Positions 7,449 to 16,136 of a stretch of 64,000 nt of DNA are shown one piece after another. The translations under genes and the position numbers were made by a program. Numbering within the stretch: position 1 is the stretch's first letter; each line of letters starts with the position of its first letter. This stretch comes from Candidatus Staskawiczbacteria bacterium. GTDB lineage: Bacteria > Patescibacteriota > Minisyncoccia > Minisyncoccales > Staskawiczbacteraceae. The stretch covers positions 21,066 through 85,065 of the forward strand of contig JAPLZF010000015.1 of NCBI GenBank assembly GCA_026395175.1, given 5' to 3'. Below the pieces are notes generated by a model that saw only the letters and a program-made list of their open reading frames with translations, was not told the DNA's origin and ran no database searches.

Positions 7449-10433
7449 TTAATTAATTTTTCTAAATAAATCACCTAGTTTCAACACGCTTCTATTTTCC
7501 AGCCAACTTATATCTTTTTTATCAAGTTGTGGGTTCTCTTGAATGAACAAATATCGCCATTCTTCTTTATTAGGGTCAGCTTCGGTAAGCATTGAGGCAT
7601 ATTTTTCTCCGCGTTCTTTCTTGGCTTTATCTCTATCATCCATCCTGCCCTTTACCTCAATTATATAATTTACAATCCTTCCACCTTCGTCGGTTTTTGC
7701 AATAAAATCTGGAAAATAATTTACATAAAATCCTTGCCACAAATATTCAAAGTTATAGCCAACGCCCTGCTGGTGATTATATAGCCACCCCGTAATATCT
7801 TCACATCCATCCAAAAGTTGTGCAACTCTTAATTCATCGTTGTTTCCCATACATTGTTTGTCGAATCCAGATTTTTCAGGATTTTCTAAAACATTTTCAA
7901 AAATTGCTTGATACGGCTCGACTCCTCGGCTTTCTTTTATTTCGTACTTATCAGTTGCTGGTTTTTCATGGGAACGCAAACTATTGATAAACTTAATCAA
8001 TTCCTGCTTAACCAAGGCCATCACATCATCATTGAAAACATTCTTTTTTACAATTTTATCTGTTTTCTCATCAACAAAATCAAGACGTAATGACATACCA
8101 ATTGGTAAAGCAAACGCTTTTTTCTCTAAAAATCTTTTTACCACATCTAAAACACGCAACTTATCAGAATATGATAAACGCAACTCGTTCAAAATTGGCT
8201 TAACATAACCAGAAATCAATAATCTATCTAAACCAAAGTAGCTTGATGATTGTTCAAATTCAAACTCAAGCCCTTTTTCAATATCCTTTTCAAACTGCGT
8301 TTTAATTTTTAGTTTATCAGCTGATTCTATCCACTTAAATTTTTTCGATAATTCTGGCAAATCAGATTCTTTAAAATTGTCGTGCCAGGTTTTAATATTT
8401 TCCACGAGGCCCAGAAATTTTACCATTCTAACATTTCTTTTTTTTCTTTCTTCAACGTCAGACAAAGGATTTACAACTGTATAAACCGCCGGTTCTTTTT
8501 CTCCAGCATCCACTTCGTCCATAATGTCATCGATCTCGTCGATGATGGCCTTAAAAGAAGGATGTTCAATGATATATAAATTTTCTGGTTTAGAAGAAAA
8601 CGCACCATCATCATCCATTTCTGGTTGATGCATTTTTCTTAAACCACGTCCCAAAGTTTGTTCTGCCAGTGTTCTTGAGTCACATGGCCGAAGGGGGACA
8701 ATTGTTTTAACGTTTCTCACATCCCAGCCTTCTTTAAGCATCAACACGGCCACAATAACATTGTAAGGGTTTTCAATGGATTCACCTTTTAATTGCGGAT
8801 CCTCAATATAATCCTTATCTATCGAGTGAACCAATTTTCTGATTTTCTCCCAATCCTTATCATTGTTTAATTCTTTTTGGCCGATATGAATTTGGATAAC
8901 AGTTGATTTTCCATTTTTAACAAAAAGCGTTTTCTTTGTCTCTACATCGTAAAATCCTTTTACGGGAAGATTATCATTTTCTAAATCTTTTCCTTCATCA
9001 TCAATTTCCTGATATTTCAAATAATTAAATATCTGTGTGGCTTCCTTTTTGTCATTACACAATATAAAAAGTATTTGCTTGCGCTTATCTCCCTCGTCAT
9101 CAAATAACTTTTGGTTTTCCTGCCATCGCTTTATACCCGTACGCAATAAATTTTCGTACATCTCCCAAGCGCATAATTTCTCTTTATTGATTATGCCTCG
9201 CGTTTCTTCACCCTCGTATACTTTTACTTTTTCTAGTTTTGGCATTTTAATAATGCCGTCCTTCTTCGCCTCTCCAAGAGAATATAAGTCAACTGTATGC
9301 TTAAATAAATCCATCCAACGAAATCTTATTTCTTCTTTATCTTTTTTTGTCCCTTTATGAGATCCTTTCTCTTCAAAAAGGGTAGCCGATAAATCAACCT
9401 GTAACGCAACGCCACATAAATCATCCACGTTTCTGATGGAACGGATCCAGCCAAGCTCTTCTTTTATCTGTTCTTCTTTAACGCCGATCTCTTTTAAATT
9501 TTTAATTTTCTTTTCGTATTCCTTGTGCTTTTCTTCATCGTGAACATGATGGGCTTCATCATTGATAATTAAAACATTTTTTGAATTTTTGAAAGAATCT
9601 ACGAGTGTACGCTTTTGATTTTCTAACTTTTTGGGCATCGCTGATTCAAAAAGCGACAATTCTTTGGCTAACTTTTGTGTTTTTACCTCAGAATCATTAT
9701 TTTCTGATTCGCGATAAAGTTTGTGAATGTTTGTTACTACAAGCGCGCCTTCTTCCGATTTCAGTTCGCTTGGCACGGTTGCTGGTGAATATACTTTTAA
9801 ATTCCAACATCTATCCAGTTCTTTCGGAATAATTGGATCGCTGTGAAAAATGTCCGGTCTGTCATCAGACGGCGCAAAATCTTCTAATAATCTATCTAAT
9901 ACAAAAAGATTCGGCGCAATGAGTAAAAAATGTTTTCCTATGCCTAAATGTTTCTCACCTTCAATTGCCGCGTTCAAATAACTCCAAGCAAAAATTAAAC
10001 TCATAATTTTTGTTTTACCCGAACCAGTTGCCAGTTGTGCGCCGAGTTTCGTCCACGAATCGCGTTGCGGAGTAATCATATCTATCCCAATTATTTTAGA
10101 AATGTCCTCGCGCCTGCGAATACCGCATACCTCATAAAGATAAATAAATGTCTCTATCGTCCGTCTTTGATGTGGCCAATATTTAAAACGAAAACTTTTT
10201 CCGTCTTTTCCTTTTAATTCATGCGGAAAAGACCGAAACCAATGGCGTAAAAGCAATTCCGTTGTTTCCGATATTTCTTTTTCAAATGACAATACCGGCT
10301 TATATTTTGCTGGTTCTTTAGGATATGGCACTTTAGCGCTTTGTAACGGAAATCCGCGCCACGCATCTACGCGTTCGCGGATTTTTTGGATAACTATTTT
10401 CTGCGGAGGTAATTTTTTGTCCTGCTCACTCAT
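7449..10433 (-). CDS. res: Type III restriction enzyme Res subunit (helicase + PD-(D/E)XK nuclease)
   Basis: LATGSGKT, INDEAHH, LSAT, LKEGWDV, EQTLGRGLR; C-terminal FPDF...IIEVKG. Confidence 0.9.
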   Translation of the reverse strand: MSEQDKKLPPQKIVIQKIRERVDAWRGFPLQSAKVPYPKEPAKYKPVLSFEKEISETTELLLRHWFRSFPHELKGKDGKSFRFKYWPHQRRTIETFIYLYEVCGIRRREDISKIIGIDMITPQRDSWTKLGAQLATGSGKTKIMSLIFAWSYLNAAIEGEKHLGIGKHFLLIAPNLFVLDRLLEDFAPSDDRPDIFHSDPIIPKELDRCWNLKVYSPATVPSELKSEEGALVVTNIHKLYRESENNDSEVKTQKLAKELSLFESAMPKKLENQKRTLVDSFKNSKNVLIINDEAHHVHDEEKHKEYEKKIKNLKEIGVKEEQIKEELGWIRSIRNVDDLCGVALQVDLSATLFEEKGSHKGTKKDKEEIRFRWMDLFKHTVDLYSLGEAKKDGIIKMPKLEKVKVYEGEETRGIINKEKLCAWEMYENLLRTGIKRWQENQKLFDDEGDKRKQILFILCNDKKEATQIFNYLKYQEIDDEGKDLENDNLPVKGFYDVETKKTLFVKNGKSTVIQIHIGQKELNNDKDWEKIRKLVHSIDKDYIEDPQLKGESIENPYNVIVAVLMLKEGWDVRNVKTIVPLRPCDSRTLAEQTLGRGLRKMHQPEMDDDGAFSSKPENLYIIEHPSFKAIIDEIDDIMDEVDAGEKEPAVYTVVNPLSDVEERKKRNVRMVKFLGLVENIKTWHDNFKESDLPELSKKFKWIESADKLKIKTQFEKDIEKGLEFEFEQSSSYFGLDRLLISGYVKPILNELRLSYSDKLRVLDVVKRFLEKKAFALPIGMSLRLDFVDEKTDKIVKKNVFNDDVMALVKQELIKFINSLRSHEKPATDKYEIKESRGVEPYQAIFENVLENPEKSGFDKQCMGNNDELRVAQLLDGCEDITGWLYNHQQGVGYNFEYLWQGFYVNYFPDFIAKTDEGGRIVNYIIEVKGRMDDRDKAKKERGEKYASMLTEADPNKEEWRYLFIQENPQLDKKDISWLENRSVLKLGDLFRKIN

Positions 10434-10434
10434 A

Positions 10435-12534
10435 TTATTTTTTAATAACTACTTTTGTTGTTACAATCCCATCGTTTCCAAAAACATCCGTTACTTTGAC
10501 GGCTATTGTATATTCACCAGCTTTTTCGTATGTATGAAATGCTTTAAATACCAAATCTTCAACCATCTTCTTGCCATTTCTTTTTCTAAACGATTGCCAT
10601 TCGTTTTCAAACACAAATTCTTTTAAATTATCTTTTAAACTTTCGTAATCCCAATCCACCGCCCAAAAATCCACAAAACTTTGCCAACTTTTTTCTTTCT
10701 CTAACCATTTTTTAAGTTCATTTCGACGTTCCGGATTCTGACTTTCTAAAAAACTTTCCGCATCAACTTCCAATCCGGCAAGCTCTATCATCGCTTCTTT
10801 GCTGTCATTAACTTTGTGGATTTTTACTGTAAGCGGTGAGAAAAATGCGATATTAGGCATTTCGCTTATCTTTTCTGGATTTTTAACTCCGCTCTTGATA
10901 AATTCTAATCTCTTTTTTACTTCATCAATGGCGCTGGCCGGTATGATCCGCGCCGTAACCTGTACGCCATATTTTTCTTTGGCTTTCTCTATCGCATTGT
11001 TCAGGTGCGCGGTAAAATCCGCCGAAAGCACATAACACTTTTTAAAATCTGTGTCTTTTACTTCTTTAGCAATTGCGTCTATCTGTTCACCGACAATCGG
11101 CGCCGACAAAGGTCCGACATGAATCCAGCTTCCGCGTTTTTTTCCGTGTAGAAGTTTAGAGTATGGTGCATATTCTCCGCCAAAAAGTTCAATAATTGCT
11201 TGCCGATATGAGTCGGCTTGCGCGCCAACTTGCACTGCATCCCATTTTACTCCACGCTGATAATAACCCATGTTCTCTACCGTAAACGGCCTGACTTTAT
11301 AAACGCCGGTGTTCTTTTCCGGTTTTGACTGACCGTTAAGCTCAATTAATCTTTTTCGCGCTGTATGAATAGCAAATTTTGAATTATCAATACCAATCCA
11401 TGTACATTTTAATTCTTCTGCCAATTGCTCTGCGACCACACATGTAGTTCCTGAGCCAATAAATGCATCTAAAATAATACCATTCTGGGGGCATGACACT
11501 TTGATTATTCTTCTTAATAATTCGAGAGGTTTTTGAGTGGGATAACCGGAGAATTCATCATAAGCAAAACTTTCTCGAATGATAGGGATATCATCCCAAA
11601 TATCTTTAATTAAACTACCCTTATTGAAATCTACTGCCACATCATCGCCCTTTGGATCTTTCCCATTTTCTTTAGTAAATCTCTGAGTAGCTTTTCGTAA
11701 TTCTGAAAGTTCATTATTTTCTTTAAGAGTTTTAAATAAAATTTGATTATTTTCGTTTATATATTTTCCAAATCTACCACGCACAGATTCTGTTATACCT
11801 TCTTTTCTTGCCTGAATATATGGATCATTAGTTTTTGAATAGAACAAAATATCTGCATGATATTTAACATAACTTCCTTTAGCCCCAGTTAGACCTTTTC
11901 CACCATACGTCCAGATTATGTTATTAACAAAATTTGAGTAGTCAAATATTTCATCCATAAGAACTTTAATATAATGCGAGGTGTGCCAATCTAAATGCAC
12001 ATAAATTGAGCCCGTAGGTGATAGAAGTTCTTTCATTAATTCCAACCGTTCGCGCATCATTTGAAGAAATGAATCCAGTCCGTTTTGCCAAGTGTCTTTG
12101 TAGGCAATAGTTTCAATAATCGTTGGCTCTTTTACTGACATCACGCCCTCTTCCTCATCTACTTCAATATCAATAGTGTTTTGTGTCACAAAATCATCTT
12201 GCACCATAAACGGCGGATCAATGTATATGAGGTCAATTTTGTTACGATACTTATACTCACCACTCACCGGATCTTTTTCATCTAGTAAAGTTTTCAGCGC
12301 CACAAGATTATCATTAGTCCAAATCAGCCGATTTTTTGGAAAGTCAGCCGACTTGGTAATTTTTTTCTGTAACTCACCTTTGGCAAAAAGTGTATCCTCG
12401 TCTTTTTTCTCTGCCTTTGACGGATACACGATTTCAATTACTTGCGTCGGTACCGCCTCCACTAACGTTTTCTTATCCATCCCGTCATAGGCCAGTATCG
12501 GCTTCTTCTTTTTTAATTCAATTTCTTTTTTCAT
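10435..12534 (-). CDS. mod: Type III R-M Mod subunit (adenine methyltransferase)
   Basis: IYIDPPF, YPTQKP, LDAFIGSGTT; adjacent to res. Confidence 0.9.
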   Translation of the reverse strand: MKKEIELKKKKPILAYDGMDKKTLVEAVPTQVIEIVYPSKAEKKDEDTLFAKGELQKKITKSADFPKNRLIWTNDNLVALKTLLDEKDPVSGEYKYRNKIDLIYIDPPFMVQDDFVTQNTIDIEVDEEEGVMSVKEPTIIETIAYKDTWQNGLDSFLQMMRERLELMKELLSPTGSIYVHLDWHTSHYIKVLMDEIFDYSNFVNNIIWTYGGKGLTGAKGSYVKYHADILFYSKTNDPYIQARKEGITESVRGRFGKYINENNQILFKTLKENNELSELRKATQRFTKENGKDPKGDDVAVDFNKGSLIKDIWDDIPIIRESFAYDEFSGYPTQKPLELLRRIIKVSCPQNGIILDAFIGSGTTCVVAEQLAEELKCTWIGIDNSKFAIHTARKRLIELNGQSKPEKNTGVYKVRPFTVENMGYYQRGVKWDAVQVGAQADSYRQAIIELFGGEYAPYSKLLHGKKRGSWIHVGPLSAPIVGEQIDAIAKEVKDTDFKKCYVLSADFTAHLNNAIEKAKEKYGVQVTARIIPASAIDEVKKRLEFIKSGVKNPEKISEMPNIAFFSPLTVKIHKVNDSKEAMIELAGLEVDAESFLESQNPERRNELKKWLEKEKSWQSFVDFWAVDWDYESLKDNLKEFVFENEWQSFRKRNGKKMVEDLVFKAFHTYEKAGEYTIAVKVTDVFGNDGIVTTKVVIKK

Positions 12535-12632
12535 ATTTTTAATTTATTTAACCACAAATCAGACATTTTTTCAAATTTCTAAAACAAAAATGCCGGTACA
12601 TTTAAGCCGGTTGTTTTTGTTAAAAATTATCG

Positions 12633-13016
12633 TTAAGCTAAAATTTTCTCACCGCTTTCTTCCCGAACTTTTATGTCGTCCTTATTCAAAAAATTAACAT
12701 GCACGACCGGAGCGACTAATTCCGGATCTTCTGCTTGTCTTGGTGGGCCGTCTATGTAATTCCAAATCTGTTTTATCATTTGTTCGTTGCCATCGACTAC
12801 GGCCTGTTTTAAAATTCTATTAATCAAGAGCTCTAAATATGACTTCTGCTGGCCCTCCGGAATCTCCTGCAGTTTCTTTTTTATTTCCGCTGTAATCGAA
12901 ACTGACCCGGATGGCCTGCCGTTTGGGTTGCCCGACTGGCCTTTCTTAAAAAGCCACGGTTTTATCTGTTTTTCATCTGTTATATCAGTTGTTTTTATCG
13001 AATTTGACTGCTCCAT
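12633..13016 (-). CDS. DUF5681-like protein (FKKGQSGNPxGRP), phage terminase-small-subunit-associated family
   Basis: KPWLFKKGQSGNPNGRP motif. Confidence 0.7.
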   Translation of the reverse strand: MEQSNSIKTTDITDEKQIKPWLFKKGQSGNPNGRPSGSVSITAEIKKKLQEIPEGQQKSYLELLINRILKQAVVDGNEQMIKQIWNYIDGPPRQAEDPELVAPVVHVNFLNKDDIKVREESGEKILA

Positions 13017-13083
13017 AGATTTACCCCACTCGACACCAGATCTCTTGTCTAGGGCCCTTGTGGTTGCTCAAAATCCCCGTATT

Positions 13084-14502
13084 TTATGCTTTTTTGGCCT
13101 TTATGCCCGTAAACCTCTCAAACCTCGCTAATATCACCTCCGCATATAATGGCGACAATTCAATCGCTCGACACTTTCTTTTCATTATTTCGCTGGCTAT
13201 TATTGTTGATCCCGATCCGCCGAAGGGTTCCATAACTATTCCATTTCTTGGAGAAAGTATTTTAACGTATGGCACGAGCACCGGAATTGGCTTTGTGCCG
13301 AAAATCAAATTCTGTCCGGACTGAGAAGCTGAATCTGTTGCGTGCGTTACGTGGTCGCCCATCACCCAAAATTTTGTACCCTTGTCTTTATTCCAATCCG
13401 GTTTTCCCTGTTTTGCATAAAGCGATACCTCGTAAGTGTCGATTAACTTCTGTGCTTTGTTTTCCAAATATTCTCTGAATCCATCTTCGTCAATTTCGTT
13501 ATTTACTCCATCACCGGCAACCGGAGCAACATCAAATCTGTTGAAGAATTTGTATTTTGCCGAGAAGCCCTGTGTTCGGTTTGGCGTGTGCCAGATTACC
13601 ATGTTTTGGATTGCCCAATACTTTCCTATGGCTCCCCAAAGGTCGGGAGTGTTTCTCCAGTTCTCGAATACCATGACATTTGAGCCTTTTTCATTTTTGA
13701 ATTGGTTTGCTATTGAAAGCCATTCGTCAAATTCAGGAACGCCGCCGGCTTGCACAACACCTTCGTATTTTCTGTTGCCCTTGTAGCCGAATCCCTTTCC
13801 TTCCCTGTCTGTTTCGCCAACGCTTTCGTATTCCCTTTCAGCTTTTATTTTCCAACCGTCTTTTGTTTTCACTTTTCTGACTCTTTTTTTACAGTAGGCC
13901 AGCCGATACGGCGGATCTGTGAACATAAAATCAAATCTTTCGTTGCCCAGTAATTTTTTCCACGCTTTCGTATCCGTTGCATTGCCCACGACCAGCTTAT
14001 GCTCGCCTAACTGCCACAAATCTCCAGGCTTTACTCCATGAAGTTTTTGTATCGCTTTTTCTGTTTCTTTTGCCAAGTCAAAATCATCTGCTTTTTCCAG
14101 TCCGAAAATATTGTCCAACTCATTTTCATTGAAGCCAAACTCTTTTAACAAATCTTCGTCGAAGTTGGCCAGCTCGTCAAAATTCCATTCGCCCGTGTTT
14201 TTATTGCTTCTCAGATTGTATTCCTTAAATTCCGCCTCGGTTAATTTTCTGTTTGGCACGCGAACATCAATCTCCTCCTGACCACGGCCGAGCAACTGCA
14301 TAATCTTTAATCGCTGATGGCCGGCAATAATTTTGTTGTCTGTGTCGATTGCCGGAATCTCGACTAAATCAAATTTTGAAACGCTCTTTTTCAAATCCTC
14401 CAGTTGCTTGTCGTTCATGATCCTAGGATTGCCTTCAAAAGGCACAAGATCCTTCACTTTTCTTTTCTCTGTATGCCAAGCTAATTTTTTTGTTGTTTTC
14501 AT
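13084..14502 (-). CDS. Phage-type ParB-N domain + N4/N6 DNA methyltransferase
   Basis: NPR...IIAGHQRL (ParB/Srx), GDLWQLGEH, FTDPPY, TKP, EPFGGSGST. Confidence 0.9.
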   Translation of the reverse strand: MKTTKKLAWHTEKRKVKDLVPFEGNPRIMNDKQLEDLKKSVSKFDLVEIPAIDTDNKIIAGHQRLKIMQLLGRGQEEIDVRVPNRKLTEAEFKEYNLRSNKNTGEWNFDELANFDEDLLKEFGFNENELDNIFGLEKADDFDLAKETEKAIQKLHGVKPGDLWQLGEHKLVVGNATDTKAWKKLLGNERFDFMFTDPPYRLAYCKKRVRKVKTKDGWKIKAEREYESVGETDREGKGFGYKGNRKYEGVVQAGGVPEFDEWLSIANQFKNEKGSNVMVFENWRNTPDLWGAIGKYWAIQNMVIWHTPNRTQGFSAKYKFFNRFDVAPVAGDGVNNEIDEDGFREYLENKAQKLIDTYEVSLYAKQGKPDWNKDKGTKFWVMGDHVTHATDSASQSGQNLIFGTKPIPVLVPYVKILSPRNGIVMEPFGGSGSTIIASEIMKRKCRAIELSPLYAEVILARFERFTGIKAKKA

Positions 14503-14504
14503 AT

Positions 14505-14648
14505 TTAATCTTTTTTAGCCAATAGCCTCGTTAATGTTAAAACTATGGCGCCGGCAAAAGCAACAGCCCAGATGTAATCGACCACCCAGCCGAGGCAGTA
14601 AAAGAAAGCAAAAAAAGCATTTGTTAAAATTTCATTTGTTGTAATCAT
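14505..14648 (-). CDS. Small membrane protein (47 aa)
   Basis: Hand-translated: MITTNEILTNAFFAFFYCLGWVVDYIWAVAFAGAIVLTLTRLLAKKD; ATGA overlap with the upstream gene. Confidence 0.65.
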   Translation of the reverse strand: MITTNEILTNAFFAFFYCLGWVVDYIWAVAFAGAIVLTLTRLLAKKD

Positions 14649-14803
14649 AAGTCAGAGGGCTTTGAGGGATAATCTTTCCGGCGAAACCAGAAGATGATTG
14701 CGTCCTCAATACCTGTAAAAAGTAAGAATAGAGCATGAAAAAGAAAGGGGTAAAAAAATACCATCCCTAAAAACTCACTGACACTGGAATTTAAAAAAGT
14801 CAT
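14645..14803 (-). CDS. Small membrane protein (52 aa)
   Basis: MTFLNSSVSEFLGMVFFYPFLFHALFLLFTGIEDAIIFWFRRKDYPSKPSDL; ATGA overlaps at both ends. Confidence 0.65.
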   Translation of the reverse strand: MTFLNSSVSEFLGMVFFYPFLFHALFLLFTGIEDAIIFWFRRKDYPSKPSDL

Positions 14804-15069
14804 ATCTTTTGGTCGCTGTCTTGCTTATTGAAATTCCAAAGGAATTTTACAACAAGCCCGACAAAGAAAATTAGTAAAAAGGTTAAAATCAAAACTTGCC
14901 CGTAATCTAACTGCTTTGAAATCCAGAATGTTCCTGCTCCTGTTATTTGCTCTGTTGCCCCACCGGTTCCTATCGATCCGTCACAGGTCATCTGCGTAAA
15001 AGCAAACGGGTCGTTTTTGCCCGGCGGATTTCCTAAATAATTTACTGGCTGTGAAAGTGTGCAATTCAT
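14800..15069 (-). CDS. Small protein with Cys pair and C-terminal TM helix (minor-coat-like)
   Basis: 89 aa; C-terminal hydrophobic segment; ATGA overlaps at both ends. Confidence 0.7.
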   Translation of the reverse strand: MNCTLSQPVNYLGNPPGKNDPFAFTQMTCDGSIGTGGATEQITGAGTFWISKQLDYGQVLILTFLLIFFVGLVVKFLWNFNKQDSDQKI

Positions 15070-15152
15070 TGTATTATTGAAATGAAAAAAATGAATAATA
15101 TTATCGCGGCTGATAGTCCGTCAATGAAACCAACAAAAAATTCGTAAGTCAT
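15066..15152 (-). CDS. 28-aa hydrophobic peptide (pVII/pIX-sized)
   Basis: MTYEFFVGFIDGLSAAIILFIFFISIIQ; ATGA overlaps at both ends. Confidence 0.6.
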   Translation of the reverse strand: MTYEFFVGFIDGLSAAIILFIFFISIIQ

Positions 15153-15316
15153 TTGAATTTTTGAGAGTGTCCTCGTTTTTTTAATGTTAAGTCTATGATC
15201 ACGTATTTTCCTTTGCGGTAATCAACAAAGTACTTCCTTTCATCCGACTGCCCCATTTTGAACCTACGCTTGCCATTTTTCAATCGTCTGTCAAAGAATG
15301 TGCGAAAGCTTTTCAT
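15149..15316 (-). CDS. Small basic protein (55 aa)
   Basis: MKSFRTFFDRRLKNGKRRFKMGQSDERKYFVDYRKGKYVIIDLTLKKRGHSQKFK; stop overlaps the next ATG. Confidence 0.55.
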   Translation of the reverse strand: MKSFRTFFDRRLKNGKRRFKMGQSDERKYFVDYRKGKYVIIDLTLKKRGHSQKFK

Positions 15317-15330
15317 AAGTCAAGGCGAAA

Positions 15331-15510
15331 TCACAATTTTTTCGTAATTTGATATTTTGGTCGACCTTTTTTCTGCAAAAATTTGTCTAGTGTTTCATTG
15401 GCTCGCGTTGCTGCGATCCTCAGTTTTTCCTCTTCAGTAACCAATCCCATGGCCAGGGCTTTGTCCAAACCCTCTAATTCTTTTTTCTTAAATAAATTAA
15501 ATAATTTCAT
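15331..15510 (-). CDS. Small protein with SHOCT-like helix pair (59 aa)
   Basis: MKLFNLFKKKELEGLDKALAMGLVTEEEK...; start placed 4 nt after the upstream stop. Confidence 0.55.
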   Translation of the reverse strand: MKLFNLFKKKELEGLDKALAMGLVTEEEKLRIAATRANETLDKFLQKKGRPKYQITKKL

Positions 15511-15514
15511 GGCG

Positions 15515-15691
15515 TCATCTTTGTTTGTTATTGGTATGTGTATCATGTTCTTTTTTCTGTTTTTTCGCGCGACCTTTAAACTTTTCCCAGGCATCTACTA
15601 TCTCATCACATTTCGTGTCCTCAAAAAATGTGATGTAGTAGCACTGCCTATTCTCGTCCCAATAAACTCTTGGTTGATTTCTGTTTGACAT
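15515..15691 (-). CDS. Small hypothetical protein (58 aa)
   Basis: MSNRNQPRVYWDENRQCYYITFFEDTKCDEIVDAWEKFKGRAKKQKKEHDTHTNNKQR; first gene of a tightly packed operon. Confidence 0.55.
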   Translation of the reverse strand: MSNRNQPRVYWDENRQCYYITFFEDTKCDEIVDAWEKFKGRAKKQKKEHDTHTNNKQR

Positions 15692-15889
15692 ATTTTTTAT
15701 TTTTTTAATTTTTTTGCCGGATTTTTCTACTATTCTTGTTTTTTTGAAAAACCCCGAATAATATAAATCCCTTTGTCCTGCTTAAACAGGTCTTCCGCGA
15801 GCGTTGAGTTTTTGAAAACTCGCCCGCAGAAGTCCCTAAATCCCTTTGCTCGCGACCCATTCAGCGCGCGAGAACTGGCTAATTTTGGC

Positions 15890-15964
15890 TTGATTTAACT
15901 TGAAAACTATACTATGATAGTCCGAAAGCCGTCCCGAATGACCACAAGAGGCGGCTTTTCTTTT
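15890..15964 (+). ncRNA. Candidate short antisense RNA (promoter + terminator)
   Basis: TTGATT-17 nt-TATGAT followed closely by hairpin AAAGCCGTC...GGCGGCTTT and a T-rich tail. Confidence 0.35.
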
Positions 15965-16046
15965 ACATTGCAAAAATCAATTTAACTTCCAACAATGTCT
16001 GTCTGCCGTGTAATTTCTATCTTCACTCACGGCTCGCAGAATTCTC

Positions 16047-16136
16047 TTTCGGCTAGTTGTCGGCGGGCTTGAATGCCCGTTTTTTGCGTCCTCGTGGGAC
16101 AATATCGGGCAAAGCCGCGCCGACAACTAGCCGAAA
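16047..16136. other. 90-nt imperfect hairpin (packaging-signal/origin-like)
   Basis: TTTCGGCTAGTTGTCGGCG / CGCCGACAACTAGCCGAAA form a 19-bp perfect stem, with further inner pairing. Confidence 0.8.

Noticed and set aside
12633..14502. Tailed prophage
   Set aside because: No terminase large subunit, portal, HK97 capsid or tail genes accompany DUF5681 and the ParB-MTase.
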